This document shows positions 17,902 to 28,670 of a stretch of 64,000 bases of DNA, piece by piece. The position numbers and the translations under genes were made by a program. Within the stretch, counting starts at the first letter, position 1. Every line of letters begins with the position of its first letter. Origin of the DNA: an uncultured Pseudomonadota bacterium. Lineage in GTDB: Bacteria > Myxococcota_A > Polyangia > Fen-1088. The stretch spans positions 352,001 to 416,000 of the forward strand of contig CAWKBC010000032.1 in the NCBI GenBank assembly GCA_963847705.1, in the 5' to 3' direction. Under the pieces are notes generated by a model. It searched no databases. It was given only the letters and a program-made list of their open reading frames with translations, and was not told the origin of the DNA.

Positions 17902-18842
17902 GCCTGCGCGGCGCTGGTCCACCCGGGCGGGACGATGACGAGATTGGCCGGGGCCTGGCCGCGGGCGAAGAGGCCGATCTGCTGCGCCGCCACCGCCCAG
18001 GCCCGAGCCCAGGCGCCCTCCGTGTTCCCCCCGACGTGCGGCGTGATCGTCACGCCGGGCGACGTCCACAAGGGATGACTCGCCGGCAGCGGCTCGGGGT
18101 CGGTCACGTCGAGGATGGCGCGGAGGCGGCCGGCCTGCGTCTCCCGGAGCAGGTCGTCGGTGACCACCAGGGACCCGCGCCCCGGGTTCACCAAAACGGC
18201 GCCGTCCTTCAGGCTGTTCAGGAACCTGGCGTCGACCAGCCCGCGCGTCTCCGGCGTCACCGGCAGCACGAGGACCACCACATCCTGCCCGGAGGCGGCG
18301 GAGCGAAAGTCGTCCATGGTGACCACGCCGTCGCGGCGTCGGCGCCCGACCAGCATGAGCCGACAGCCGAAGGGGGCAAGCATTCGCTGGATATTCGTCC
18401 CGATGTCCCCGGCCCCCAGAATCGCGACGCGTTTGCCCTCCAGCGACGCGGTCTCGTGATGGTCCCATCTCCGCTCGCGCTGCGCGGTCGCGAACCGGGT
18501 GAGCTCGCGGCAGTGCGCGAGCAGGACTGCGGCCGTCCACTCGGCGGTCGACCGCCCGTGCGCGCCCCGCGCGTTCGACAGCGCCACCCCGGGCGGCAGG
18601 TGACCGACCCACTGCTCGAAGCCGGCGTTGAGCGTCTGCAGCAGCCGCAACCGCGGAAGTGCGCGCATGTAGGCGACCTCCGGCTCGATCTCCAAAACAC
18701 CGGTCACCATCACCGTGGCTCGTTGCTGCTCCGCCGTCGGCTTTTGTCGCGCGTCATACCGGAGCGCGACAAGATCGGGCGCGCCGGACAGCGCTTGAAG
18801 GCCCTGCTCGTCGGGAACGAGAACGAACGCGGTTCGACTCAC
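17886..18842 (-). CDS. D-2-hydroxyacid dehydrogenase
   Basis: GAGDIG, LVNPGRG, LDVTDPEPL, ITPHVGG; GTG start overlaps the upstream stop. Confidence 0.9.
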   Translation of the reverse strand: MSRTAFVLVPDEQGLQALSGAPDLVALRYDARQKPTAEQQRATVMVTGVLEIEPEVAYMRALPRLRLLQTLNAGFEQWVGHLPPGVALSNARGAHGRSTAEWTAAVLLAHCRELTRFATAQRERRWDHHETASLEGKRVAILGAGDIGTNIQRMLAPFGCRLMLVGRRRRDGVVTMDDFRSAASGQDVVVLVLPVTPETRGLVDARFLNSLKDGAVLVNPGRGSLVVTDDLLRETQAGRLRAILDVTDPEPLPASHPLWTSPGVTITPHVGGNTEGAWARAWAVAAQQIGLFARGQAPANLVIVPPGWTSAAQAHSSA

Positions 18843-19261
18843 AAGACCTCTTCGATCAGGTGAACCGGCCCATCGGCGCGAATCTCGCCCACGCCCAGGG
18901 CGAGCAGCCGATTCAGGAAGGCGTACCTGGGGTCGGCGGTCTCGAAGCGCGGCAGGGTGCGGAAGTACGGACCTCCCGGCGCCGCGTCGTACCGCATCCC
19001 CTCGAACGTCATGTGAATGAGGGCGCCGTCGTCGGTCTCCAGCGTGACGCGCAGGTCGAGCTCGATCACGCCGTCGGAGCGGACCACCCCCCAATCGTCA
19101 CCTCCCGCCAGCACCTTGCCGCGCAGCCGATCGCCCTCGAAGCTCCCGCCGATGATGGGAAAGGTGATCCGCTTGCCGTGAGGTCCGGCGCCGATCTCCT
19201 GGGTGGGCGCCGTGCTCAGCCGAAGGGTCATCAGCGGACGCGATCGCACGGCGCCGCTCAC
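18839..19261 (-). CDS. DUF3237 protein (copy 2)
   Basis: GGSFEGDRLRGKVL.GGDDW, LETDDGALI, YFRTLPRFET..Y.FLN. Confidence 0.88.
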   Translation of the reverse strand: MSGAVRSRPLMTLRLSTAPTQEIGAGPHGKRITFPIIGGSFEGDRLRGKVLAGGDDWGVVRSDGVIELDLRVTLETDDGALIHMTFEGMRYDAAPGGPYFRTLPRFETADPRYAFLNRLLALGVGEIRADGPVHLIEEVL

Positions 19262-19707
19262 AGGATCTCCTCGATGGTGTAGATCGGGCCGGCGGGGCGC
19301 CGATCGCCGGTCGAAACGGCGAGGAGGCGGTTCAAGAAGACGTACTTCGGGTGGGCGGTCTCGAACCGGGGCGTGGTCCGGAAGTAGTAGGTCGCGGGGT
19401 CGACGGTCTCACCGCGCCCGAGCGCCGCGAGCACCTCGGGTGGCCCATGCCGGAGGCCGAACGATGCCAGGTGGATGAGGGCGCCGTCGTCGGTCTCCAG
19501 CGTGACGCGCAGGTCGAGCTCGAGGACGCCGTCCCCCCGCAGAAGCGTCCAGTCACCGCCCCCGGGCAGCACCTTGCCCCGCAGCCGCGGGCCCTCGAAG
19601 TGGCCGCCGGCGATCGGCGCGGTGACACGCGTCCCGTGCGGCACCGCGCCAATCTTCTGCGGGCCCGCGACCACAACCTCCAAGGTCATCAACAAACGCG
19701 ACTGCAT
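19258..19707 (-). CDS. DUF3237 protein (copy 1)
   Basis: GGHFEGPRLRGKVLPGGGDW, LETDDGALI, YYFRTTPRFET. Confidence 0.9.
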   Translation of the reverse strand: MQSRLLMTLEVVVAGPQKIGAVPHGTRVTAPIAGGHFEGPRLRGKVLPGGGDWTLLRGDGVLELDLRVTLETDDGALIHLASFGLRHGPPEVLAALGRGETVDPATYYFRTTPRFETAHPKYVFLNRLLAVSTGDRRPAGPIYTIEEIL

Positions 19708-19833
19708 CGCCCACGCTCCTGGTTGTTGTCCTCGGACTCTACTGCGCCGATCGCCTCGGTGCTCATCTGGGGCCGCGCCTTCCTTCGGTCAACCCGTTCG
19801 CCCGATGAGAACGGATGGAATACGCTCACGCCC

Positions 19834-20610
19834 GTGCCCCCGCCCCTGCCCCAGATCGACAGCTACGAGAGCATCATCGCCCGCCATTACGACGAGCTCT
19901 ACGCAGTCATGCGCAACCCCTCGGGCGATATCGCCTTCTACGGCGCGCTGGCGCGCGCCTCGGGTGGGCCCGTCCTCGAGCTCGGGTGCGGGACCGGACG
20001 CACGCTGTTGCCGATCGCCCAGGCCGGCATCGACTGCGTGGGGGTCGACGCCTCACCGGCGATGCTGGCGGTCCTGCGCCACAAGTCGACCCCTCCGAGT
20101 CTCCAGCTCGTCGAGGCCCGCATGGAACGCCTGGAGCTGCCGGAGCGGCGCTTTCGGTTGGTGACCTGCCCTTTTCGGGCCTTCTCGCATCTCCTGGACG
20201 TGGAGACCCAGCTCGCCGCCCTGGCCGCCGTGCGCCGCCATCTGGAGCCGGGCGGAACCTTCGCCCTCGACGTCTTCGACCCCAAGCTGGCGCACATCAC
20301 GCGCCTCGAGGAGCCGGAGCATCTGGCGGCCACCTTTCACGACGCCGGCCGCGAGGTTCAGCGCTGGGACACGGTGAGGCGTGACCCGTCGCGCCAGATC
20401 ATGACGATCGCCTTTCGTTTCGCCTCCGCGGCACCCGAGCTCTGCGGCGTCGGCGAGATCCAGCTGCGCTGGTTTCATCGCTTCGAGCTGGAGCACCTCC
20501 TGGCGCGCGCCGGGTTCGGCGACCTCCAGTTCTTCGGCGGGTTCGACCGGCGGCCCTGGGCGGCGGGCGGCGAAACAGTTGCGCTGGCGCGCAACGCAAC
20601 TGCGCTCTGA
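19834..20610 (+). CDS. Class I SAM-dependent methyltransferase
   Basis: VLELGCGTGR, GVDASPAML, HLEPGG; start codon uncertain. Confidence 0.85.
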   Translation: MPPPLPQIDSYESIIARHYDELYAVMRNPSGDIAFYGALARASGGPVLELGCGTGRTLLPIAQAGIDCVGVDASPAMLAVLRHKSTPPSLQLVEARMERLELPERRFRLVTCPFRAFSHLLDVETQLAALAAVRRHLEPGGTFALDVFDPKLAHITRLEEPEHLAATFHDAGREVQRWDTVRRDPSRQIMTIAFRFASAAPELCGVGEIQLRWFHRFELEHLLARAGFGDLQFFGGFDRRPWAAGGETVALARNATAL

Positions 20611-20661
20611 CAACCGACAGTCGACGATGCCCTTGGCCGGGCGCCACCCGCTTCGCGGACG

Positions 20662-22209
20662 CTACTTGACGCGGTCGTTGAGGATCGAGCGGAGGTGCTG
20701 GGTGTCGAAAGGCTTTTCGATGCGCTGGTTGAGGACCCCATCCAGGAACGCCCGGGCCCCGGGCGTGAAGGCTCCGCCGGTCAAGAACACCATTTGCCTG
20801 GCCTGGTCGGGGACCTCTCGAAGCAGGTGGGCGTGAAGCTCCATCCCGGTCATCTGCGGCATCATGAGGTCGCAAAGGATGACGTCGTATCGATCGCCGG
20901 CGATGATCCGCTGGTGGGCGTCGGCGGCGGTCGCGGCGACCGTCACCTCGTGCTCGTGCTCCAGGACGCGCCCCAGGGCTCTGGCGACCGTCGGCTCGTC
21001 ATCGACGATGAGGACCCGGCCCCGGCGTGTCGAAGGCACGACGGTCGAGAGGCGAGGCTCGAGGGAGGCCTCCACCGGCGTGGCGGGGAGCAGCACCCGG
21101 AAGGCCGTCCCCTTGCCGACCTCACTCGTCACCTGGATCTCGCCGCCCAGCCCGGTCACGATCTTGTGGCAGATCGAGAGGCCGAGGCCGGTGCCGACGC
21201 CGATCGGCTTGGTGGTGAAGAAGGCGTCGAAGATGCGCGTCAGGTTCTCCGCCGGGATTCCCGAGCCCGAATCTCGCACCTCCACCGCGACCCGGCCCGA
21301 TGGCCGGTCGAGCTCCGTCGAGACGCGAATGAGGTTCTGTTCGGCGTTCCCCTCCGGGATGGCCTGGGCCGCGTTCACGATCAGGTTCAGGAAGACCTGC
21401 CCCAGACGGGCCTCGTTGCCGTCGACGTTCGGGACATCGGCATAGTCCTTGACCAGGCGCGCCCGGTGGCGAATCTCGTTCCAGGCCATCCGGAGCGACG
21501 ACTCGAGGACACGCTTCACGCTGACCGGCCCGCGGCGCTCTTCGCCGGTCGAGCGCGAGAAGATCTTCAGGTCGCGCACGATGTGCCGCAGGCGATCGGC
21601 GCTCTCGCGCGCGTCGCGGAGCTCGTCCAGGATCTCCAGCAGCCGATCTCCGAGGTCGAGCTCCTCGGCCAGCCGGGCCAGGTCCTTGGTCATGAGCTCG
21701 AGGTTGGCGATCACGGCAGCGAGCGGGTTGTTGATCTCGTGGGCGACGCCGGCGGCGAGCGTTCCGACCGAGGCCATGCGGTCCGAGATCAGCAGCTGCT
21801 CCTGCATCTTGCGGCGTTCGGTCCGCATCGCCACCTCGCGCAGCTCGCGATCGATGGCCGGACACAGGCGGCCGAGGCTCCCCTTGAAGACGTAGTCGTT
21901 CGCGCCGCTCCGCATCGCGGCGACGGCCGCCTCTTCCCCGACGGTGCCCGAGACGATGATGAACGGAACGTCCAGCCCCTTGCCGCGCAGCAAGGCCAGC
22001 GCGGCGGGACCGCTGAACCGGGGCATCGCGAAGTCGGAGAGGACGATGTCCCAGCTCTCCCGCTCGAGCGCGGCGGACATCGCCAGGTCGGTCTCGACGC
22101 GCTCGTGAACGACGTCGTAGGCGCCGCGCCGCAGCTCCATCATGACCAGCTCCTCGTCGTCGGGTTGGTCCTCGACCAGGAGCACCCGCAACCGTCTCGG
22201 CTCGATCAC
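20662..22209 (-). CDS. REC-HisKA-HATPase-REC hybrid histidine kinase
   Basis: [53 protein letters not shown]; GTGA overlap. Confidence 0.92.
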   Translation of the reverse strand: MIEPRRLRVLLVEDQPDDEELVMMELRRGAYDVVHERVETDLAMSAALERESWDIVLSDFAMPRFSGPAALALLRGKGLDVPFIIVSGTVGEEAAVAAMRSGANDYVFKGSLGRLCPAIDRELREVAMRTERRKMQEQLLISDRMASVGTLAAGVAHEINNPLAAVIANLELMTKDLARLAEELDLGDRLLEILDELRDARESADRLRHIVRDLKIFSRSTGEERRGPVSVKRVLESSLRMAWNEIRHRARLVKDYADVPNVDGNEARLGQVFLNLIVNAAQAIPEGNAEQNLIRVSTELDRPSGRVAVEVRDSGSGIPAENLTRIFDAFFTTKPIGVGTGLGLSICHKIVTGLGGEIQVTSEVGKGTAFRVLLPATPVEASLEPRLSTVVPSTRRGRVLIVDDEPTVARALGRVLEHEHEVTVAATAADAHQRIIAGDRYDVILCDLMMPQMTGMELHAHLLREVPDQARQMVFLTGGAFTPGARAFLDGVLNQRIEKPFDTQHLRSILNDRVK

Positions 22210-22655
22210 CGCACCCTCGTCGGCGCCGGGAGGTTGAGCAAGGTCCAGTAGAGGCCGAGCTGGCGCGCGGCCGTCACGAACCGATCGTGGTCGACCGGCT
22301 TTTGGACATAGCTGTTGGCGCGGTTGGCGTAGGCGCCGAGCCGGTCCTTGTCGTCGCTCGAGGAGGTGAGGATCACCACCGGCAGATGGCGGGTGCGCTC
22401 GTCTCCTCGAATGGCGGCCAGCACCTCGATCCCTCCCAGGCGCGGCAGGTTGAGATCCAGCAGCACGACCGCTGGCAGCTCCTCGCCCGCGCGTCCGGCG
22501 TGCTTTCCGCGCGCCAGCAGGTAGTCGACCGCCTCGACCCCGTCGTCGATACGAATCAATGGATTGAGAACGTTGGCCTCCCGGAAGGCCATGAGCGTCA
22601 GCTCGGCGTCGTCGTCGTTGTCCTCGACCAGCAGGATGCTCTGCCCCGGGGTCAT
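22206..22655 (-). CDS. Single-domain response regulator (Rcp1-like)
   Basis: [36 protein letters not shown]; ATGA overlap with the upstream kinase. Confidence 0.9.
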   Translation of the reverse strand: MTPGQSILLVEDNDDDAELTLMAFREANVLNPLIRIDDGVEAVDYLLARGKHAGRAGEELPAVVLLDLNLPRLGGIEVLAAIRGDERTRHLPVVILTSSSDDKDRLGAYANRANSYVQKPVDHDRFVTAARQLGLYWTLLNLPAPTRVR

Positions 22656-25600
22656 CCCTGCTCCTCCAGGGTGAACGAGAAGGTGGCGCCCACGTCGACC
22701 TCGGCCGAGGCGGTGAGGCGCCCTCCGTGGCGGGAGACGATTCGCTGAACCGTCGCCAGGCCAATGCCGGTCCCTTCGAACTCCGAGGCTTTGTGCAGGC
22801 GCTGGAACGGCGCAAAGAGCTTGTCGGCGTAGGCCATGTCGAAGCCCGCGCCATTGTCGCGCACGAAGAAGGCGGGCGCCCCGGACCCCACCTCCGCGCC
22901 AAACGAGATCCGCGCCTCGGGCCGCCGGGCCGTGAACTTCCAGGCGTTTCCCAGGAGGTTCTCGAGGACGATCCGCAAGAGCTGCCTGTCGCCGCTGGCC
23001 GTCAGCCCGCGGGCGACGTCGACGACGACCGCGCGCGCAGGGTCCCGCCGGCGGAGCTCCTCGACGACGCCGGCGGCGAGGCCCGTGAGAATCGACCGGC
23101 TCGCGCCGGAGGGTCGCCCGCGTGATGCGAGAGAGGTTGAGCAGATCCTCGATGAGGGCCGACATCCGCTGGGTTGCGGCCCGAACGCGCTCCAGATAGT
23201 GCCGCCCCTGGCTGTCGAGCGCGGACGAATGCTCGCTGAGCAACGCCTTGCTGAAACCGTCGATGGCACGCAAGGGCGCCCGGAGATCGTGCGAGACGGA
23301 ATAGCTGAAGGCTTCGAGCTCGCCGTTCGCCCGCTCGAGCTCGGCTGCCCAGGCCCGCCGGGTGCGGGCCAGCGCCAGGTGCGTTCCCACCCGGCTCATC
23401 AACTCGGCGGCCGAGAACGGCTTGACCAGATAGTCGTCGGCGCCGGTCTCCAGCCCCGCCACGACCGCCTCTTCTCCGGCCCGCGCCGAGAGCAGGACGA
23501 CGGGGATGGTGCTCGTCCTCGGGTCGGCGCGAAGCGCCTGCAACAGTCCCGCGCCGTCGAGACGCGGCATCATGACGTCGCTCAGCACCAGAGCGGGGGG
23601 ATCGCGCCGGATCGCTTCCAGCGCCGCTTGCCCGTCGGCGACGGCCTCGGTCGTCCAGCGCTCCGCGAGCAACCGAACCAGGTAGGCCCGCATGTCGGCG
23701 TTGTCGTCCGCCACCAGGATCCGCGCCGAATCCGATCCTTCAACCAGCTGGTTGGTCGACTCCTGGGGCGCGGCGCCATCCCAGTGCGCCGCCTCGCTCA
23801 AGAAGGCGGTGGCCCGACCGTCGTCCGCGATGCCCCCCTCGGCGGAAATCGCCGCCTCGGCGCGTCCCGCCTGGCGGATCGGGATGGTGACGACGAACGT
23901 GCTCCCTCGCCCGAGGGCGCTCTCCGCGCGGACGGAGCCGCCGTGCTGTCGGGCGATCTCCTTGACCAGCGCCAACCCAATTCCCGTCCCCTCGAAGCTG
24001 CGCCCGCGCGCCCCCTCGACGCGATGAAACCGCTCGAAGATCTTGGGCAGCTCCTGGTCCGGAATCCCGGTGCCACTGTCCTTCACCGACAGCTCGACCT
24101 CCGTGCCCTTCGCGCGCAGCTCCACCGCGATGGTGCCGGCAAAGGTGAACTTGAAGGCGTTCGAGAGCAGATTGAGCACCACCTTCTCCCACTGCGAGCG
24201 GTCGACCAGGATCGGGTGGGCCATCGGAGGGCAGTCGACCACCAGCTGGAGGCCCGCCGATTCGACGAGCGACTGGAACCCTCCCGCCAGCCCCGCGGTG
24301 AGGGCGGGGAGATCGGTCGGCTCGAAGGTCGACCGCAGCCGGCCCGCTTCGACCCGCGAAAAGTCCAGCAGATCGTTGACCAACCGGAGGAGACGAAGCG
24401 CGTTGCGCTGAACAGCCTCCAGCGGCGCCCCGCCCAGCGCCTTCGTCGGGTCGCGCAGCGCCTCTTCGAGCGGGCCCAGGATCAAGGTGAGCGGCGTGCG
24501 AAGCTCGTGGCTGACGTTGCTGAAGAAAGCCGTCTTGGCGCGGTCGAGCTCGGCGAGCTTCTCGGCGCGCTCCCGCTCCCCCTCGTAGGCGCGGGCGTTC
24601 GACACGGCCGTGGAGACCTGCGCCGCCAGCAGCTCGAAGAATCCCCGGTAAGCCTCGTCCAGGGCCCGCCGCGGGCTGACCCCGAGCACGAGGACGCCCC
24701 CTGGACCGGGCAGCCCGGCGCCCGAGAGCGGGAGCAGCATCGCTTGATGGGCGGGCTCGCCCCAGGGCTCCCTGGGCAGACCGTCGAACCGCGCCGCCAG
24801 CTCCTCGACCAACAGCGGCTGCCCACGCGTCAGGACCTGCTCGAACGGCCACCCGCTTCTCTGACCGTCGTTTTGGCCGTCGTTTTGGCCGTCGTTTTGG
24901 CCGTCGTTTTGTCGGCTGTCATTGGGGCCGTGGTCGGGCCCCAGCTCCACGAGCGCAGGGCTGGCCGGCAGGCCCGGCGCGAGCCCGGCGTGACCGGCCA
25001 GCCGGAGGTGGCGGCCGTCGGCGTCGCGCAGATAGATGAGCGCGAAAGGAACGTCGCGCGTGTTGCGACCCAGGACCTCCGCGCAGCGCCGTGCCGCCTC
25101 CTCGCCGCTGCGCGCCTCTGCCGTCATCTCCCGCAGCAGCTTCATCCGACGCTCTCCGAGGACGTGCGCCGTGCTCTCCGTGCAGGCGTTGAAGATGCCG
25201 CTCGGCCGTCCGGTCTCATCCCGGATCGGGCTGTAGGAGAAGGTGAAGTACGCCTCCTCGAGATATCCCGAGCGCATCATCGGCAGAAACAGATCCTCGG
25301 CCCAGGTGGCTTCACCGGTCTCGATGACCTGCTCCATCATGGGGCCGATGACGTCCCAGATCTCCGCCCAGCAGTCCCGCCCGCGGGCTCCCAGAAACTG
25401 CGGGTGCTTGCTGGCCCCCAGCATGGGACGGTAGCCGTCGTTGTAGAACATCCAGCGTTCGGGCCCCCACCAAAGGACGATGGGGTGCCGCGAGTCGAGA
25501 CAGATGCTCACCGCTGTCCGCAGGCTCTGCGGCCAGCTCTCCACCGGGCCGAGCGCAGACTTCGACCAGTCGGTGGCGCGGATGAGACCCGCCATCTCAC

Positions 25601-25682
25601 CTCCACCGGCGAAGATTCTCTCCGCCAGGGGAGAGCCCGCTGCCCGCGCGGAGGCGACTCGAAGCCCAGCTGCCTCGCTCAT
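22652..25682 (-). CDS. Double hybrid histidine kinase (PAS-like/GAF-HK-REC-HK), interrupted by a 1-nt insertion near 23090
   Basis: [43 protein letters not shown]; the second HATPase ([21 protein letters not shown]) is in another frame after 23090. Confidence 0.88.
24865..24911. repeat. 12-bp in-frame tandem repeat (ccgtcgttttgg x3.9; encodes QNDG)
   Basis: Read directly from the sequence. Confidence 0.9.
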
Positions 25683-26857
25683 GAGCGGGTCATTCGGTCG
25701 ATGAGCCCCGGAAACCCGCGCGCCGGGCGCGCGAAGAAGTAGCCCTGCACGGCATGGGCGCCCAGGGCCGCGACACACTCGTTCTCCGCGCTCGTCTCCA
25801 CCCCCTCGGCGACCAGCTGGACCCGGAGATCGTTGGCCAGCGCCACCACGGCGCGCATGAGCTTCTGCTTGATCGGCGACGCCTCGATGCCGCGAACCAG
25901 CGACATGTCCGCCTTGACGACGTCCGGTTCCAGCGCCGCCAGGCTCGACAGCCCCGCGTAGCCCGCGCCGAGGTCGTCGATGGCAATTCGAAAGCCGAGC
26001 GCCCGAAGCCGCTCCACGCGTTCACGGCAGCCGCGAATCCCGTCCAGCGCGGCCCGCTCGGTGATCTCCAGAACCACCCGCTCAGCAAACGGCGTCAGCA
26101 CGCCTTCCGCGGCCGACAGCTCATCGTCCTCGAGGTCGGCCGGATGCAGATTGACGAAGATCGCCGCGGTCCTGGGTGCGGCCGGAATGAGCTGGGCGAC
26201 CAGACCGCGGATCCGGCGCCCGATCTCCTCCGTTCGTTGCAGCTTCTCGGCGGCGTCGAACAGATCGGGCGGGCTTCGGAACGTCGGCTCCTCGGTGCGA
26301 ATCAAGGTCTCGTAAGCCAAGATCGACTGATCGCGACAGGAGACGATGGGCTGGGTGGCGACCCAGAGCCGCCCCAGCGCCGCTCCGAACCGCGCTTCGA
26401 GCCCCGCCCGATCCCCGATCGGCTGATCACCCAGCTCCGGAGCGGCCTCCCGGCGGGCGACGGCAAAGCGATGCCAGTGAACGGCCCGGTTGACCACGTC
26501 GACCAACTCCGCGGACGGGACAGGTTTGATGAGATAACGAAACGCGCCGTACTCGATGGCCTCGATCGCGCTTTGAAGATCGGGGCTTCCGGTCAAGAAC
26601 ACGAACGGGACGTCCAGATCGGAGACCCGGATCTCGCGCAGCAGGGCCCGTCCATCCAGGTCCGGCATCGCCAGATCGCTGACGATCGCGTCGAACTTCG
26701 TCGACCGCGCCATGTCGACCGCCTCCCGCCCCCCGGCCGCGATTGTGACCTTGTGGCCCTCCCGGGCCAGAACCCGCTCGTTTGCCCGCGCGATTGCCGG
26801 TTCGTCGTCAACGACCAAGACCAAAGACGACTGCGCTGCCCCGGCCGCTCCGTTCAC
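25679..26857 (-). CDS. REC-EAL c-di-GMP phosphodiesterase (start 26857 or 26893)
   Basis: LVVDDE, VSDLAMP; [40 protein letters not shown]. Confidence 0.9.
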   Translation of the reverse strand: MNGAAGAAQSSLVLVVDDEPAIARANERVLAREGHKVTIAAGGREAVDMARSTKFDAIVSDLAMPDLDGRALLREIRVSDLDVPFVFLTGSPDLQSAIEAIEYGAFRYLIKPVPSAELVDVVNRAVHWHRFAVARREAAPELGDQPIGDRAGLEARFGAALGRLWVATQPIVSCRDQSILAYETLIRTEEPTFRSPPDLFDAAEKLQRTEEIGRRIRGLVAQLIPAAPRTAAIFVNLHPADLEDDELSAAEGVLTPFAERVVLEITERAALDGIRGCRERVERLRALGFRIAIDDLGAGYAGLSSLAALEPDVVKADMSLVRGIEASPIKQKLMRAVVALANDLRVQLVAEGVETSAENECVAALGAHAVQGYFFARPARGFPGLIDRMTRS

Positions 26858-27209
26858 GGTTGGTATGGTTTCACAAACTCGCCTCCGGCTCAACCATCAC
26901 TGTTCTTTGAAACAAGGAAGAAACACCGTTTCAAACAACCATGATCCGTGGAGGCTGCTCGCCGGGAGTTTCGAAACTCGGATCCGGCAGAACGAAGCCG
27001 CTTCCGGGACAAACACGAAGAGGCGAAGGGGGTACGTGGGGCACGAGGGCTTCGGCACTTACACCCACACACCGGCCGAAGAGGGACCGCCCCGGCTTCG
27101 AGGCTCGAACGGGTGTCAGAGGCTCAATGCGATCTCGAACGTTGCACCGGCGCCACCCCTGCTTGGCGACCCGGATTGAAGTCGCCCGTCACGATCCGCA
27201 ACGTGCCCG

Positions 27210-28670
27210 TCAACGGGTCGACAGTTGCTCGCTGGTCCAGCCGCCGCCCAGCGCCCGGATGAGCTGAACGCTGGCGGTGAACCGCCGGGTGGCGACGTCC
27301 GCCTGCGTGCGCTCGTTGCTGAGCTGGATCGTCTGCGCGGTCAACACTTCCAGATAGGTGGTCACGCCGCCCTTGTAGCGCTTGTTGCTGAGCGCCAGCG
27401 ATTGCCGGGCGGCTTCGACCGCGGCGCCCTGCGCCTCCGCCTCGTCAGTGAGGATCCGCAGGGTGGAGAGGTTGTCCTCGACCTCCTGAAACGCACCCAG
27501 GACGCTCTGCCGATAGGTGGCCACCTGCCCCTCGTAGAGATCGCGCGCCTGATCGGTGAGGGCGTGGCGGCGGCCGGCGTCGAACAGCGTCTCCAGGGCG
27601 GAGGCGCCCAGCGACCAGAACAGGCTGGGGATCTGCAGCCAGCTCGCCAGCGAGCCGCTCTCGAAGCCGCCGGTCGCGCTCAGCATGATGTTCGGGTAGT
27701 AGGCGGCGACGGCAATCCCGATCTGGGCATTGGCGGCGGCCAGGCGCCGCTCGGCCGCCGCGATGTCCGGCCGCCGCTCGAGCAAGGCGGACGGAACGCC
27801 CGGCGGAACGACGGGAAGGTTCGCCGCCAGGGGGCTCGCCGCCAGCGCGAAGGTCGCCGCAGGGACGCCGATCAGCGTGGCGATGGCGTGCTCGAACTCG
27901 GCGCGCATCACCCCGACGTCGATCCCCTGGGCCTTCACCTGCAGGTACTGCGTCTCGGCCTGGGCGACGTCGACGGCGTTGGCGACGCCCCCGGCGAACC
28001 GCACGCGCGCCAGCTGCAGCTCGTCGGCGTCGCTCTTCAGCGTGGTGTCGAGCAGCTGCTTCTGGGTGTCGAGGCCCCGCAAGAGGAAGTAGTCGAGCGC
28101 CAGCTCGGCGTGCAGGCTGAGCGCGACGTTGGCCAGATCGGCGGCGCTGGCCTGGGCGTCGGCGCGCGCCTGCTCGACGGTGCGGCGAACCTGCCCCCAC
28201 AGATCCGGCTCCCATTGCGCCTGCCCCTGCAACGCCAGGAGGTTGTAGTCGAACTTGGTCGTGCCGATGAGGGTGTTGGGCTGGTTCTTCGACAGCCGGA
28301 TGCGCGAGGCGGACGCGCCCACGCCGAGCGTGGGGAAGTAGGCGGCGCGCGCCACCCGGATCTGATCCCGCGCCGCCAGGTACTGCCCGGTCGCCGCCTT
28401 GAGCGTCTGATTGGAGACGTTGATCTTCTCTTCCAGCGCGTCGAGCTGGGCGTCGCCGAAGACCTGCCACCACTTGTCGCGGAGCGCGCCGTCGGCGGGC
28501 TGGGCCTGCTTCCAGTCCCCGGGGGGTGGCTGCTCCTTGAAGGCCGCCGAGCCCGGCGCCTCGGGGCGCTTGTAGTCCGGACCGACGCTGCAGCCAGACG
28601 GGCCGACGGCCCAGCCGCAAAGGACGGCCACGGTCAGCGCGCCCATCCGCAGAGTGCTACTTGGCGCCAT
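27210..28670 (-). CDS. RND outer-membrane factor lipoprotein (NodT/TolC family)
   Basis: SGCSVGPDYKRP, WEPDLWG, LLERRPDIAAAER, RALGGGW. Confidence 0.92.
   Translation of the reverse strand: MAPSSTLRMGALTVAVLCGWAVGPSGCSVGPDYKRPEAPGSAAFKEQPPPGDWKQAQPADGALRDKWWQVFGDAQLDALEEKINVSNQTLKAATGQYLAARDQIRVARAAYFPTLGVGASASRIRLSKNQPNTLIGTTKFDYNLLALQGQAQWEPDLWGQVRRTVEQARADAQASAADLANVALSLHAELALDYFLLRGLDTQKQLLDTTLKSDADELQLARVRFAGGVANAVDVAQAETQYLQVKAQGIDVGVMRAEFEHAIATLIGVPAATFALAASPLAANLPVVPPGVPSALLERRPDIAAAERRLAAANAQIGIAVAAYYPNIMLSATGGFESGSLASWLQIPSLFWSLGASALETLFDAGRRHALTDQARDLYEGQVATYRQSVLGAFQEVEDNLSTLRILTDEAEAQGAAVEAARQSLALSNKRYKGGVTTYLEVLTAQTIQLSNERTQADVATRRFTASVQLIRALGGGWTSEQLSTR

Noticed and set aside
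26894-27209. c-di-GMP riboswitch upstream of the EAL gene
   Set aside because: Inverted repeats exist (tttgaaac/gtttcaaa, gagtttcgaaactc) but I could not match the GEMM consensus; an Rfam scan would settle it.
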